In this document: positions 1 to 10,773 of the stretch, one piece after another
How positions within the stretch are numbered: the first letter of the stretch is position 1
Layout of the letters: every line of letters starts with the position of its first letter
Virus record (IMG/VR): IMGVR_UViG_3300042889_001503
Span: 62,001 to 126,000 of that record
DNA length: 64,000 nt
Reading direction: 5' to 3' (one strand)
Notes under the pieces: generated by a model
Told to the model about the DNA's origin: nothing
What the model saw: only the letters and a program-made list of their open reading frames with translations
Databases searched by the model: none
Program-made: the position numbers and the translations under genes

Positions 1-1
1 A

Positions 2-3000
2 AGATGTTTTACCGGTTACACTAGAGTTACCTCAGAGGTCACAGGTTTAACAACTTGTGCTTGTTGTAATAATTCTGTTGTTAATAGTAGATGTATCTAT
101 GTTTATCCACCTAGACCAACTAAAGCGGATTGTGATGGTTGTATTAGTTGTGGTTGGGAATATAAAATACACGATTGTCCATTACCTACACCAACACCAA
201 CTCCAACACCAACTCCGATACCGGTCCCTTCAAATTGCGAACCAATCACGGCTTGTACTGCGGGATGTACTTGTGTACAATGTATATCTTGTAACGATTG
301 TCAAACTTGTGATAATTGTAATGTAACTCCGGGTTCAGTTGAGAATACTTGTGAGAGTGACCCATTGTTTGATTCAATGTCAAACGCATTATCATTTAAA
401 TTATGTGGTGACCCACATAACCCTCAAATTGGTGTTAGATTACTAAGATTTACCGGAGGATGTGAGACTAGTGGAAGTTGTTCAACAACAGGAATTACTT
501 ACACAACAGGATACACTATAGACAATTATTGTACACCACCAATTTATCCTTATTGTTTAGAAGTTAATCCAAGTTATTTAGATATGGAACATTGGTTTCA
601 TATTACAGCCGTTTGGGAGAGATATACTTGGTTAGACACTTGTGACTTATGGTATAGAGGGGGTATTGGAGATATCACGGAGAAAAAATATTTAGATGGA
701 TTAGCAAATAACTCAAAAGAGTTAATCACTGTTCCATATACACAAACTTGTGGGACTGACCCACAACAAATTGATTTGGTTAATCTAAATGAGAAATGGT
801 TGATTGATAAGGATTTTAGAAAAGGAAGATTAAAAATATACATTAATGGAAGAATATTCCACACATTTCAAGATATTGAGGAAATTATCCCAAGAGCATT
901 ATCCACAGATAAGGAAAAACAAGTCGGTGTTCCTTATAATATTTCGTGGGGTGGTGGAACCCAAGGTTTAAGAGAAAATTTAACTTTCTCGGCAATTACC
1001 GGAACAACTTATATCCAAGACCCGGAATGTTTACCAACTAACGATTTGTTAGGAACAACGTTTAGTGGATTAACGACTGATATATTATTAGAACAAAATT
1101 TTGGTGGAACATTTGATGGGGGTATATCTCAATTCAGAATGTATGTGGAGCCATTATCATCAGACGAAGTTAAACATAATTTTAAATTATTAAAAGATAC
1201 GTTTGATATGTTTAATCCTGATTGCCCTGATTGTGGTGAAAATTTCTGTCCGGTTGATGATTTTACATATGTGATTAATGGTCCTACTCCAACACCTACC
1301 AATACTCAAACACCAACACCCACATCAGAACCATTAAATTTAACCCTTTTCGTGGAATATACACCGGGTTCTATAATTGCGTATTATAGATTAGTATTGA
1401 ACCGTTCATATAGTGAAGAAATAAATGTTACTTTTGAAAATGTTCTAAATGTCTATAGTGGGACTCCGATTACAATATTTACTGGTGTTACGGTTAGTTT
1501 AGGGGATTTATCAGGACAAACTATTGTTACAATAAATGAAGATTATAACAACTATAATGGGGAACCATTTTTTAGTCAATTATCGGGAACTCCGAATGGA
1601 AGTACGTGGGAAATAATTTTAATCCAACCAACACCAACCCCAACACCAACTAATACCGTAACTCCAACTAATACCATAACACCAACTAATACCGTAACTC
1701 CAACTAATACCATAACACCAACACAAACCTTAACTCCGACTAATACCATAACACCAACACAAACCTTAACTCCGACTAATACTCCAACTGAAACACCAAC
1801 TCAAACCTTAACTGAAACTCCGACAAACACTCCAACTCCGACTATTACAGAAACTCCAACTAATACTCCAACAAATACCTTAACACCAACTCCGACCCCT
1901 ACACCAATTATACCATTAGTTTTAATACAAGGTTTATTTTCTTATGAAGGTTGCATACCTTGTGAGACTTCTTGTTTATTAGGTTTAATTACTTTATATA
2001 CAGAACAATCGTGTGTTGATTTTATTACTGTTGGATGTCACTTGTATCTTGATTCAGAAGGAACAGAAAATGCTGAGAAAGGATATTACAATAGATGGGA
2101 TGGAACACCAGGACTATTGTATATCGATAAGGAAGGGTTAGTATTAAATATAGATGTATGCCCACAACCTACACCAACACCTACTTTGACATCAACCTCA
2201 ACACCTACTCCAACACCACCATCTTTAGTTACAATTAATCTATCTTCGTGGGGGCTTGGTACTCCTTGTACACCATCTGTTCTTCCTACACCTATTACTT
2301 CCTACACCTCTGCAGCATGTTTAGCTGCAATAACAGTAGGATGTATAATATATACAAATAATAGAGGAGCACTCCTTTCTCAAGGATATTATAACTTTTA
2401 TGATGGTTATTTTTATGTAAACAATATAGGAGAAGTGGTAAATATTAATGTTTGCCCACAACCAAACCCAACACCAACAATGACTCAAACACCAACTGAA
2501 ACTCCAACAAATACACCTACTCAAACACCAACTAACACAGAAACACCTACGCAAACTCCGACACAAACCCCAACACCAACTAATACAGAAACACCAACAA
2601 ATACACCAACTGAAACCCCAACAAATACACCAACACCAACAACAACATTAACTGAAACACCGACTCAAACACCTACACCAACACAAACAGTAACCCCATC
2701 ATCAACACCACCACCACCATTTGTTTCTGTTTGGAGAACAACATCCGCTTCAGAATCAATAATATTACCTTATTCATCTTTAGGAACATATTCAGGAACT
2801 ATAGATTGGGGGGACGGAAGTACCTCAGCAAACACAAATGCAAATAAAACTCACACATATACAACACCGGGATACTATACTGTGACTATATATGGTTTAA
2901 TTAATAAATTTAGTTTCGGTAATTACTTTGGAAGTTATGGTAATATTTACGAAATATTACAGTGGGGACCTTATTTTAATTTAGGTGTTGGAACCACTAG

Positions 3001-5134
3001 TCAATTTAGTAATTGTAGTAATTTGTCATTAACAAATGTTAGTGATACATTAAATTTAAGTGGTATAACAAGTTTACAAGGAATGTTTACTAGTTGTAAC
3101 AATTTATCAACAATAAATAATGTAAATAATTGGAATGTTTCTGGTATTACAAGTATGTATGGTATGTTTTTTAACACTCAATTTAATAGTGATATTAGTG
3201 GTTGGAACGTTTCAAATGTAACAACTATGGAGCGAATGTTTTCAAGTTCTAATGGACCATTTAATCAACCAATCGCTAATTGGGATATTTCAAAAGTTCA
3301 AAGTATGCGTTCAATGTTTCAAAATAGTCAGTTTAACCAACCTATTGGAAATTGGAACGTTTCAGGTGTAACCGATATGCAAAATATGTTTGATGGTAGT
3401 CAATTTAACCAACCATTATCCGGATGGAATATTTCAAATGTTAATTTACAACAAATATTTAAAGGGTCACAATTTAATCAGCCAATAGGAAATTGGGACA
3501 TTTCAAAAGTTATTAGTGTACAGGGTATGTTTGATAGTGGTACATTTAACCAACCAATTGAGAATTGGAATATGTCCGGTATAACTAGTATTAGTGCGAT
3601 GTTTAATGGTAACACCTCATTTAATCAATCATTATCGGGATGGAATGTTTCAAATGTAACAAGTATGTTTTTTACGTTTGGTAATTCAATATTTAACCAA
3701 CCTATTGGAAATTGGAATGTATCAAAGGTTACTAATATGGTAGCAGCGTTTCAAGATTCACAATTTAATCAACCATTGTCAGGATGGAATGTTTCAAAAG
3801 TTGTTTCCACTCAACAAATGTTTTATGGGTCACAATTTAATCAACCTATAAATAATTGGAATGTTTCGGGTGTTACTAATATGAGAGCTATGTTTCAAAA
3901 TTCACAATTTAACCAAGATATCTCGAGTTGGAATGTTTCAAAAGTTGATAATATGTACCAAATGTTTAGTGATTCACAATTTAACCAAGATATTGGAAAT
4001 TGGAATATTTCAGGTGTAACCGATTTTACTAATTTTATGTTAGGAAAAACACCAGCAACATTCTCGACAACAAATTTAGATTCTATTTATAATGGATGGT
4101 CCACAAAAAACCCAAAAACAGGAGTAACAATTAATTTTGGTTCAGCCAATTATACATCAACAGGTTCCTCAGGAAAAGCTATCCTTACAGGTTCAACCGG
4201 AAGTGGAGGTTATGCTTGGACAATAACAGATGGTGGTATATTTATTGTTCCAACACCAACACCAACTAATACGGAAACCCCTACACCAACACCAACTAAT
4301 ACGGAAACCCCTACACCAACACCAACATTAACTGAAACACCGACTCAAACACCAACAACAACATTAACCAACACACCTACACCAACACAAACACCTACAC
4401 CAACATCGGCTTCAACACCGACTGTTTTTTCAGCATTTACTGATGATTATAATAGAGCCACATTATCTCCGGGTGGAACACCATCTTTAGTTTATACAAA
4501 CACAAATACTGGTACGGGTAATGCAACAATATCGGCATCAACTTATGTAAATATTGCAAACGGTGGTACTGCGGGACAGTCATATACCACAGTACCTCTT
4601 TCAGGATTTGGTTCACCATTTAACCCAACATTGTCGAGTAATAGTGGAACACTTGAATGGTCGTTTAATTTAAGAACAAATAGAAACTCCATATTCTCAG
4701 GATTTCTTGCGTCGTCATACGGAGGAGCAGTTGTATTAGCAAGTACAACAACTAACCTTCAAAATGCCGGTAACGGATACGCATTAGTTTATGGTAGTGG
4801 GGGAACAAGAAACTGGAGATTTGTTAGATATACCGGTGGTTTAGCGGGAACACAAACCACCATAATTACGGGAGGTGTTTTCGCGGCAAACACTAATTAT
4901 GTTAGTGCGAGAATTGTATACGCTCCGGCAACAAATACTTGGACATATTATTTTAGAGATGATGGTGCTGTTGCTTGGGGTGACCCAACAACTGTAAGTA
5001 CGTTAATTGGTAGTGTGGTTGATAGTACGTATACCTCATCATTAATGAGTTCATTTGGTGTGTTCTTTAACTATTCAACAGGGGCAAATCAAAATTTACA
5101 ATTTGATAATTTAAGGGTATTAATAACAGGTTAA
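2..5134 (+). CDS. Very large modular surface/virion protein, 5'-truncated: Cys-rich region, LamG/concanavalin-like domain, Pro/Thr linkers, PKD + BspA(DUF285) repeats, C-terminal lectin-like domain
   Basis: Frame is open from base 2 (RCFTGYTRVTSEVTGLTTCACC...) into the tracked ORF 365..5134, so the true start lies upstream. LamG-like motifs HWFHITAVW, LKIYING, FDGGISQFRMY..PLS..EV. Repeats FNQPIGNWNVS.VT.M..MF. PKD motif TIDWGDG..THTY.TPG.Y. Confidence 0.8.
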   Translation, partial: RCFTGYTRVTSEVTGLTTCACCNNSVVNSRCIYVYPPRPTKADCDGCISCGWEYKIHDCPLPTPTPTPTPTPIPVPSNCEPITACTAGCTCVQCISCNDCQTCDNCNVTPGSVENTCESDPLFDSMSNALSFKLCGDPHNPQIGVRLLRFTGGCETSGSCSTTGITYTTGYTIDNYCTPPIYPYCLEVNPSYLDMEHWFHITAVWERYTWLDTCDLWYRGGIGDITEKKYLDGLANNSKELITVPYTQTCGTDPQQIDLVNLNEKWLIDKDFRKGRLKIYINGRIFHTFQDIEEIIPRALSTDKEKQVGVPYNISWGGGTQGLRENLTFSAITGTTYIQDPECLPTNDLLGTTFSGLTTDILLEQNFGGTFDGGISQFRMYVEPLSSDEVKHNFKLLKDTFDMFNPDCPDCGENFCPVDDFTYVINGPTPTPTNTQTPTPTSEPLNLTLFVEYTPGSIIAYYRLVLNRSYSEEINVTFENVLNVYSGTPITIFTGVTVSLGDLSGQTIVTINEDYNNYNGEPFFSQLSGTPNGSTWEIILIQPTPTPTPTNTVTPTNTITPTNTVTPTNTITPTQTLTPTNTITPTQTLTPTNTPTETPTQTLTETPTNTPTPTITETPTNTPTNTLTPTPTPTPIIPLVLIQGLFSYEGCIPCETSCLLGLITLYTEQSCVDFITVGCHLYLDSEGTENAEKGYYNRWDGTPGLLYIDKEGLVLNIDVCPQPTPTPTLTSTSTPTPTPPSLVTINLSSWGLGTPCTPSVLPTPITSYTSAACLAAITVGCIIYTNNRGALLSQGYYNFYDGYFYVNNIGEVVNINVCPQPNPTPTMTQTPTETPTNTPTQTPTNTETPTQTPTQTPTPTNTETPTNTPTETPTNTPTPTTTLTETPTQTPTPTQTVTPSSTPPPPFVSVWRTTSASESIILPYSSLGTYSGTIDWGDGSTSANTNANKTHTYTTPGYYTVTIYGLINKFSFGNYFGSYGNIYEILQWGPYFNLGVGTTSQFSNCSNLSLTNVSDTLNLSGITSLQGMFTSCNNLSTINNVNNWNVSGITSMYGMFFNTQFNSDISGWNVSNVTTMERMFSSSNGPFNQPIANWDISKVQSMRSMFQNSQFNQPIGNWNVSGVTDMQNMFDGSQFNQPLSGWNISNVNLQQIFKGSQFNQPIGNWDISKVISVQGMFDSGTFNQPIENWNMSGITSISAMFNGNTSFNQSLSGWNVSNVTSMFFTFGNSIFNQPIGNWNVSKVTNMVAAFQDSQFNQPLSGWNVSKVVSTQQMFYGSQFNQPINNWNVSGVTNMRAMFQNSQFNQDISSWNVSKVDNMYQMFSDSQFNQDIGNWNISGVTDFTNFMLGKTPATFSTTNLDSIYNGWSTKNPKTGVTINFGSANYTSTGSSGKAILTGSTGSGGYAWTITDGGIFIVPTPTPTNTETPTPTPTNTETPTPTPTLTETPTQTPTTTLTNTPTPTQTPTPTSASTPTVFSAFTDDYNRATLSPGGTPSLVYTNTNTGTGNATISASTYVNIANGGTAGQSYTTVPLSGFGSPFNPTLSSNSGTLEWSFNLRTNRNSIFSGFLASSYGGAVVLASTTTNLQNAGNGYALVYGSGGTRNWRFVRYTGGLAGTQTTIITGGVFAANTNYVSARIVYAPATNTWTYYFRDDGAVAWGDPTTVSTLIGSVVDSTYTSSLMSSFGVFFNYSTGANQNLQFDNLRVLITG
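1625..1905 (+). repeat. Pro/Thr low-complexity tandem repeats (TPTNT/TPTQT/TPTET units)
   Basis: Near-tandem acaccaactaatacc-type units. Similar tracts at about 185-215, 1283-1322, 2460-2720 and 4250-4420. Confidence 0.9.
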
Positions 5135-5148
5135 CAAAAAAATAAAAT

Positions 5149-6216
5149 ATGTCAAATACAATAACGATACAAAGTATAAATTATAGTGGGGAGGTTGCAA
5201 ATATTTTGTTTAAACCTAACGGTGTTAATGTGGTTATAAATTTAGGTAATCAAATATTACCTTATGTGTTTAATCCGTCATTATTAACACCACCTCGTAA
5301 TGTATATGGTGTTTACACTATATTAGTTGAGGGGGCGGATTGTCCTGTTATTATGAATGTTCCGGTTCCTACTCCTACACCAACACCAACACCGACTGTT
5401 ACAAACACTCAAACACCGACAGCTACACCAACACTAACCCCAACTCCTTCTTTCAACCCTTGTAAAGTTCCTACACAAACACCAACAACCACCACTACAC
5501 CAACTACCACACCGACCCCAACAATAACACCTACGGAGACTTGTACGAACCCATGTGGATGTTACGCCCCAATACCACCAACACCAACACAAACACCAAC
5601 CAATACACACACTCCGACAAATACACCAACACCAACATTAACACCAACTCCGGTATATTATGCTAAGTTATTTATTGAACCTGTAAGTGGGTCTGAAAGT
5701 ATTGGTCAATGGATGTATGATAGTGGTTCTAATTTCTTTGGTTTTACAAACAATACACAACCAACACAAGACCAAACACAATTTAATATTGATATGAACA
5801 AATATGTTGATTTCAGTGGTTGGACTAGTGGTGAGTTCCCACCAATAATTAGTCAAACGGTTCCTCAAATTTCAGGAGGGCTCGATAGTTTTGGTAACCC
5901 AATAGTTGCCTATAATTTCTTAACAACCGAAGTGTTGCAAGGTTATGTTGGTGGTTTAGGGTGGTATATTTGGATTATCCCAATTTCATTAACTAATAAT
6001 GGAAGACAAACAATTATTGATTTTAATGAAAGTAATGATTCTAATTTATTAACAAATATATATACTGAAGATGCAATTAACACATATACATTTACCTACA
6101 CCGGAACAACAATTCCACAAACAACATACCGAGTTTATACAACATATCCTAACATAATATTTAACATTACCGATAACAATAATATTTATTTTAGAGGTAA
6201 TACCATAACACAATAA
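5149..6216 (+). CDS. Putative virion protein: ~70-aa N-terminal module, Pro/Thr linker, C-terminal beta-rich domain
   Basis: 355-aa ORF with long PT tracts, in the same operon as the adhesin-like genes. Confidence 0.6.
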   Translation: MSNTITIQSINYSGEVANILFKPNGVNVVINLGNQILPYVFNPSLLTPPRNVYGVYTILVEGADCPVIMNVPVPTPTPTPTPTVTNTQTPTATPTLTPTPSFNPCKVPTQTPTTTTTPTTTPTPTITPTETCTNPCGCYAPIPPTPTQTPTNTHTPTNTPTPTLTPTPVYYAKLFIEPVSGSESIGQWMYDSGSNFFGFTNNTQPTQDQTQFNIDMNKYVDFSGWTSGEFPPIISQTVPQISGGLDSFGNPIVAYNFLTTEVLQGYVGGLGWYIWIIPISLTNNGRQTIIDFNESNDSNLLTNIYTEDAINTYTFTYTGTTIPQTTYRVYTTYPNIIFNITDNNNIYFRGNTITQ

Positions 6217-6217
6217 T

Positions 6218-9200
6218 ATGAGTAATTTTTTAAATAACATACCAGTTTCACCTATAAAATCATTAGGTAATCCTTCTGTTCGTAATAACGCAACATTTGG
6301 AACAAATTTCAGTATCCTTCAAACAGGGGGGTATATGGAAGTTTACAATTTAACCGATTTAGATTACATAATCCCTAACGGTTATCAAGGTTTAGTTGAA
6401 TATTCCGGTAATACGATTCCGGTTCAGTTACAAATTGGGACGGGTCAAATTTTTTCACCTAATGTGTTAACATTAAATTCTGACAACATTTCTTCAGGTA
6501 GAAGAAAATTAGGGATGTTAGTTTATGTTTATGAAACCAAAAAAATATATCAATACAATATTGATAATTATGATACGTTATGGAACAACGCTACCGGAGC
6601 AACAGGTCCGGGGGGTTCTACAGTAGTTATATCAAATTTTGGAACAACGGTTAAAAATAACTCACCTGAAGGTATTGTGTTAATTAATGCTTGGACGGCA
6701 TCAACAATATCAGGTATTAATGGTTATGACGATACAAACGCTTCTTGGAGAGTTCTTCAAACATTTACCGGAGGAACAGTAACGGGAGCAACAATATTTA
6801 CAGATGGTTTAACTGCAAACACAATATCGGCAACAACATATCAAAATTTGCCTGCAACACCTTTCTTACCATTATCAGGAGGAACAGTGACCGGAGCAAC
6901 AATATTTACAGATGGTTTAACTGCAAACACAATTTCCGCAACAACATATCAAAATTTGCCTGCAACACCTTTCTTACCATTATCAGGAGGAACAGTAACG
7001 GGAGCAACAATATTTACAGATGGTTTAACTGCAAACACAATTTCCGCAACAACATATCAAAATTTGCCTGCAACACCTTTCTTACCATTATCAGGAGGAA
7101 CAGTAACGGGAGCAACAATATTTACAGATGGTTTAACCGCAAACACAATTTCGGCAACAACATATTATAATTTACCAAAAGACGTTTTTATTACCGGAGG
7201 AACATATTTCCAAGGCAACACTATTTTTACAAATAGTACAGGTGGTACTTTTAATATTTTTGGACCATCTAATTATGACCCGGGAGTTATTAGTGGTAAC
7301 ACAGGTTGGTCAAGTAATAATGACGGGTCAATTAATTTACCGCAGATAACGGTTGCATTATACGACAACCCTAATTTTTTTGAGCCTCTTAAATTTTATT
7401 CAATTTCAAGCGGAACCACAGGTGTCGGGTCACTTCCGGCATTAATAAATAACGACACAAATTATATTATAATTGAATATAATAATGGGGTTCCTAGATA
7501 TAATGTTTTAGATAATGAGGGGACTGTTGATTTTAGTAGTATTCTATTATATATGATTGTCTATCGAACAAATAATTTTATTCACGTTTTAGAGTTTGGT
7601 GATGAGGGTGCGGGTTTACCAAGTAAATTAAATGAACGTATTGTATATACAGATAGATTCGCGAGAGAAAGTGGTTGTTCGTTAGGTTTAAGTGGAAGTA
7701 CAGGTATTGTAACCTTATCTTCAGGTGTTGTTTGGAACGCCACTAATCGTCAAATAGTTAATGACACAACTTCATTAGGACTTTTTTTTAGAAATTTCCA
7801 TTCAGGCGGTACGTGGGTTTATACCACAACAGCAAATACAATTAATAATCTTTACTATGATAATGGTACTGATTTAGTATCAGCAACCGCAGGAAAATAT
7901 TTAGTTAATTGGTATTTTAGAGGACAAGAATTAAATGACCACTTATATGAGGTGGTTAGTGATGGACAATTCGATAATATATTATTAGCGGACGCTTCAA
8001 GTGAACCAAATTTACCTGAACTAATTACATCACACACATTTTTGGTTGGTAGGATTATTATTGAGGTAAGTGCGACAACAGGTATTACACAGTCGGCATT
8101 TTCATCAGTATTTCAACCAAGTGGTGCTCCCGGAGTTCACAATGATTTAACGAACATACAAGGAGGTCTTCCTAACCAATATTATCATTTAGATTCAAAC
8201 AAATATAATAATTTAGCATTAACAAATATTGATAATAATTTTAGTGCGGGACAAACATTTGCATCAGGGTTAACTGCAACTACAATATCCGCAACAACAT
8301 ACCAAAATTTACCACCAACACCTTTCTTACCTTTATCAGGTGGAACGGTAACAGGTCAAGTAATACTAAAAAATAACTCGAGCCCATTAATAATCACAAC
8401 CGATAATTATAGTCCGGGGATATCAGGTAATATACTATTTTACGGGGATATCACGGGGTCAACTAATGGGAAGTCAATTAGTTCTAGGTCAAACGGGGGT
8501 GGAAATCCAGGGAATTTAATCCTTCAAGAATTAGGGAATGGTAATGTTGGTGTTAATACAAATGTTGTCAATCCAATATTAAATTTTAATTTAGATGTAA
8601 ACGGTACTTTTGGTGCGACATCAGTATCAGCAACAACTTATTTTAATTTACCGGCAACACCTTTCTTACCATTATCAGGAGGAACAGTGACAGGTGCAAC
8701 AAACTTTACAGGAGGTTTAACCGCCACTACTATTTCAGCAACAACATACCAAAATTTACCACCAACACCTTTCTTACCATTATCAGGAGGAACAGTAACG
8801 GGAGCAACAATATTTACAGGAGGTTTAACGGCAAATACAATATCCGCAACAACAATAAGTGGGGGAACTGTAGTTCTTAACTCAACCAATCTACCGTCAA
8901 CACCGATTGCTGTTTCAGCATTTACTGATGATTATAATAGAGTTACTCTATCACCCGGAGGTTCACCATCGTTAACCTACACAAATACAAATACAGGTGC
9001 TGGTAATGCAACAATAACGGCATCAACTTATTTAAATATTGCAAACGGAAATCCTGCGGGTCAGTCATACACTACGGTACCATTATCCGGTTTTAACTCA
9101 CCATTTAATCCAACATTATCATTAAATACTGTAAATGTTGAATGGTCATTTAATCTAAGAACAAATAGAAACACCATATTTCCAGGATTCTCAGCCGGTA

Positions 9201-10240
9201 CCTATGGAGCTGCAGTTGTTTTAGCGGGTACTAGTGGAACACTTCTGAATACCGGTAACGGATACGCATTAGTTTATGGTGGAACAGGAACAAGAAATTG
9301 GAGGTTAGTTAGATATACCAGTGGATTATTTGGTACTAGAACAGATATAATTTCAGGAGGTGTTTTCGCGGCAGGTACTAATTATGTTAGTGCAAGAATT
9401 GTATATACGCCATCAACAAATACTTGGACATACTATTTCAGAGACGATGGTGCAGTTGCGTGGGGTGACCCTACAACCGTAACAACATTAATTGGTAGTG
9501 CAGTTGATAGTACATACACGTCTAGTTTAATGAGTTCTCTTGGAGTATTCTTTAATTATTCAACCGCAGCAAATCAAAATTTACAATTTGATAATTTAGT
9601 TGTTAAACTAAACTCACCTTCTGTATTTACTCCTCAAAGTTATTTAACGTTGAAAAATTACGCAAATACTGAAGTATTTGATGTTAAAGATGATGGTTCA
9701 GTAACATCGACCGGACTTATATCATCAACCGGGGGTATCTCAGGAACAACAATTAGTGGTGGAACATATTTTGGTAATGGTAGTGCACTTACGTTGGGTC
9801 AATTTGGTACGATGATAACAGGTTCTACCTCATTACTCGTTACCAATACAACTACATTACTAACATTAATACCGGGATTGACCACTACAATAACTGTACC
9901 TACACAAACTATGGTTTGTATACAAACAAATGGTGGGGTTAATACCGTTGGAACCACAACAACTAGTGGTTCGGCAATTGATGTGGCATTAGTGGTGGAT
10001 GGTATTATATTACCCAACGGTGGATATCAAAGAATGTATGCCGACAACCCAACGGGAAATGCTACGGTAGGAAACTGGGTCGCAAATTGGAATATGTCGG
10101 TTATTATAACATTATCAGCAGGAATTCATACTGTTGAGGTTGATACAGCAACTGTTCAGGGTCAAAACGCCACGGTAAGTGGTGGTTTTGGAGCAATAAA
10201 CCAAGGCACATTAACAATAATGATATTAAAAAATACATAA
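6218..10240 (+). CDS. Tail-fibre-like protein with 36-aa repeats and a lectin-like domain shared with the first ORF
   Basis: 1340 aa, Gly/Thr/Ser-rich. Repeated FLPLSGGTVTG motif typical of phage fibre shafts. AFTDDYNR...NLQFDNL domain also present in the first ORF. Confidence 0.7.
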   Translation: MSNFLNNIPVSPIKSLGNPSVRNNATFGTNFSILQTGGYMEVYNLTDLDYIIPNGYQGLVEYSGNTIPVQLQIGTGQIFSPNVLTLNSDNISSGRRKLGMLVYVYETKKIYQYNIDNYDTLWNNATGATGPGGSTVVISNFGTTVKNNSPEGIVLINAWTASTISGINGYDDTNASWRVLQTFTGGTVTGATIFTDGLTANTISATTYQNLPATPFLPLSGGTVTGATIFTDGLTANTISATTYQNLPATPFLPLSGGTVTGATIFTDGLTANTISATTYQNLPATPFLPLSGGTVTGATIFTDGLTANTISATTYYNLPKDVFITGGTYFQGNTIFTNSTGGTFNIFGPSNYDPGVISGNTGWSSNNDGSINLPQITVALYDNPNFFEPLKFYSISSGTTGVGSLPALINNDTNYIIIEYNNGVPRYNVLDNEGTVDFSSILLYMIVYRTNNFIHVLEFGDEGAGLPSKLNERIVYTDRFARESGCSLGLSGSTGIVTLSSGVVWNATNRQIVNDTTSLGLFFRNFHSGGTWVYTTTANTINNLYYDNGTDLVSATAGKYLVNWYFRGQELNDHLYEVVSDGQFDNILLADASSEPNLPELITSHTFLVGRIIIEVSATTGITQSAFSSVFQPSGAPGVHNDLTNIQGGLPNQYYHLDSNKYNNLALTNIDNNFSAGQTFASGLTATTISATTYQNLPPTPFLPLSGGTVTGQVILKNNSSPLIITTDNYSPGISGNILFYGDITGSTNGKSISSRSNGGGNPGNLILQELGNGNVGVNTNVVNPILNFNLDVNGTFGATSVSATTYFNLPATPFLPLSGGTVTGATNFTGGLTATTISATTYQNLPPTPFLPLSGGTVTGATIFTGGLTANTISATTISGGTVVLNSTNLPSTPIAVSAFTDDYNRVTLSPGGSPSLTYTNTNTGAGNATITASTYLNIANGNPAGQSYTTVPLSGFNSPFNPTLSLNTVNVEWSFNLRTNRNTIFPGFSAGTYGAAVVLAGTSGTLLNTGNGYALVYGGTGTRNWRLVRYTSGLFGTRTDIISGGVFAAGTNYVSARIVYTPSTNTWTYYFRDDGAVAWGDPTTVTTLIGSAVDSTYTSSLMSSLGVFFNYSTAANQNLQFDNLVVKLNSPSVFTPQSYLTLKNYANTEVFDVKDDGSVTSTGLISSTGGISGTTISGGTYFGNGSALTLGQFGTMITGSTSLLVTNTTTLLTLIPGLTTTITVPTQTMVCIQTNGGVNTVGTTTTSGSAIDVALVVDGIILPNGGYQRMYADNPTGNATVGNWVANWNMSVIITLSAGIHTVEVDTATVQGQNATVSGGFGAINQGTLTIMILKNT
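6770..7170 (+). repeat. 108-bp near-perfect tandem repeat (~3.7 copies) encoding GGTVTGATIFTDGLTANTISATTYQNLPATPFLPLS
   Basis: Units start at 6770, 6878, 6986 and 7094. Further copies at about 8270-8355 and 8625-8855. Confidence 0.95.
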
Positions 10241-10241
10241 T

Positions 10242-10742
10242 ATGGAATATACAAATTGGAATTTTTTGACGATTGTTTTATATCAAAATATTTTAGAAAT
10301 AAATAGTCTTTTAATAATGAGAAGGGATATTAATACAATGGATAGTATTTCAGTTAAAAATCTATTGAATGACGTTTCTAATTCTATTGTGTTAGACGCA
10401 ATAAAAACACAAAATGGGATTTCCGATTGTAAGAATTGGGATGCAATCGAAATACGTTTATCGTTAAATGATGAAGTATATAAAAATTTTAAATCAACAA
10501 GAAGTGAATTTGACAACAATCAATTTGATTTAGGTTATTTTTTATATGACGCATTTGTTGCTTTATCATTAGACGATATTGATAATCAACAAATTTATAT
10601 ACCATCAGACACTCTTTATTCGGAAGAGTTAATTATTAACCAAAATGAAGAACCTATTTTTTCCGGTATAACAACTACATTTAAAACCGTTGATGGATTA
10701 ACTGTTGTAATTAAAAATGGGTTAGTAATTTCAATTGGTTAA
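10242..10742 (+). CDS. Hypothetical protein, possibly fibre-associated
   Basis: 166-aa ORF directly after the fibre gene, ending in the beta-rich segment FKTVDGLTVVIKNGLVISI. Confidence 0.45.
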   Translation: MEYTNWNFLTIVLYQNILEINSLLIMRRDINTMDSISVKNLLNDVSNSIVLDAIKTQNGISDCKNWDAIEIRLSLNDEVYKNFKSTRSEFDNNQFDLGYFLYDAFVALSLDDIDNQQIYIPSDTLYSEELIINQNEEPIFSGITTTFKTVDGLTVVIKNGLVISIG

Positions 10743-10773
10743 TTAGGACTATTTATTAAATAATGAATAGTTT

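Noticed and set aside
57-326. Tracked ORF 57..326 and other short overlapping or antisense ORFs (e.g. 6745..7170, 13843..14319, 20793..21239, 53176..53448)
   Set aside because: They are shadow frames of long genes with recognisable motifs and have no independent support
6770-7170. Tandem repeats (also 19029-19208 and the PT tracts) as CRISPR arrays
   Set aside because: They are in-frame coding repeats without unique spacers, and no cas genes are present
4430-9600. Duplicated domain as a diversity-generating retroelement TR/VR pair
   Set aside because: Differences are not adenine-specific and are largely synonymous, both copies are coding, and no reverse transcriptase is in the window
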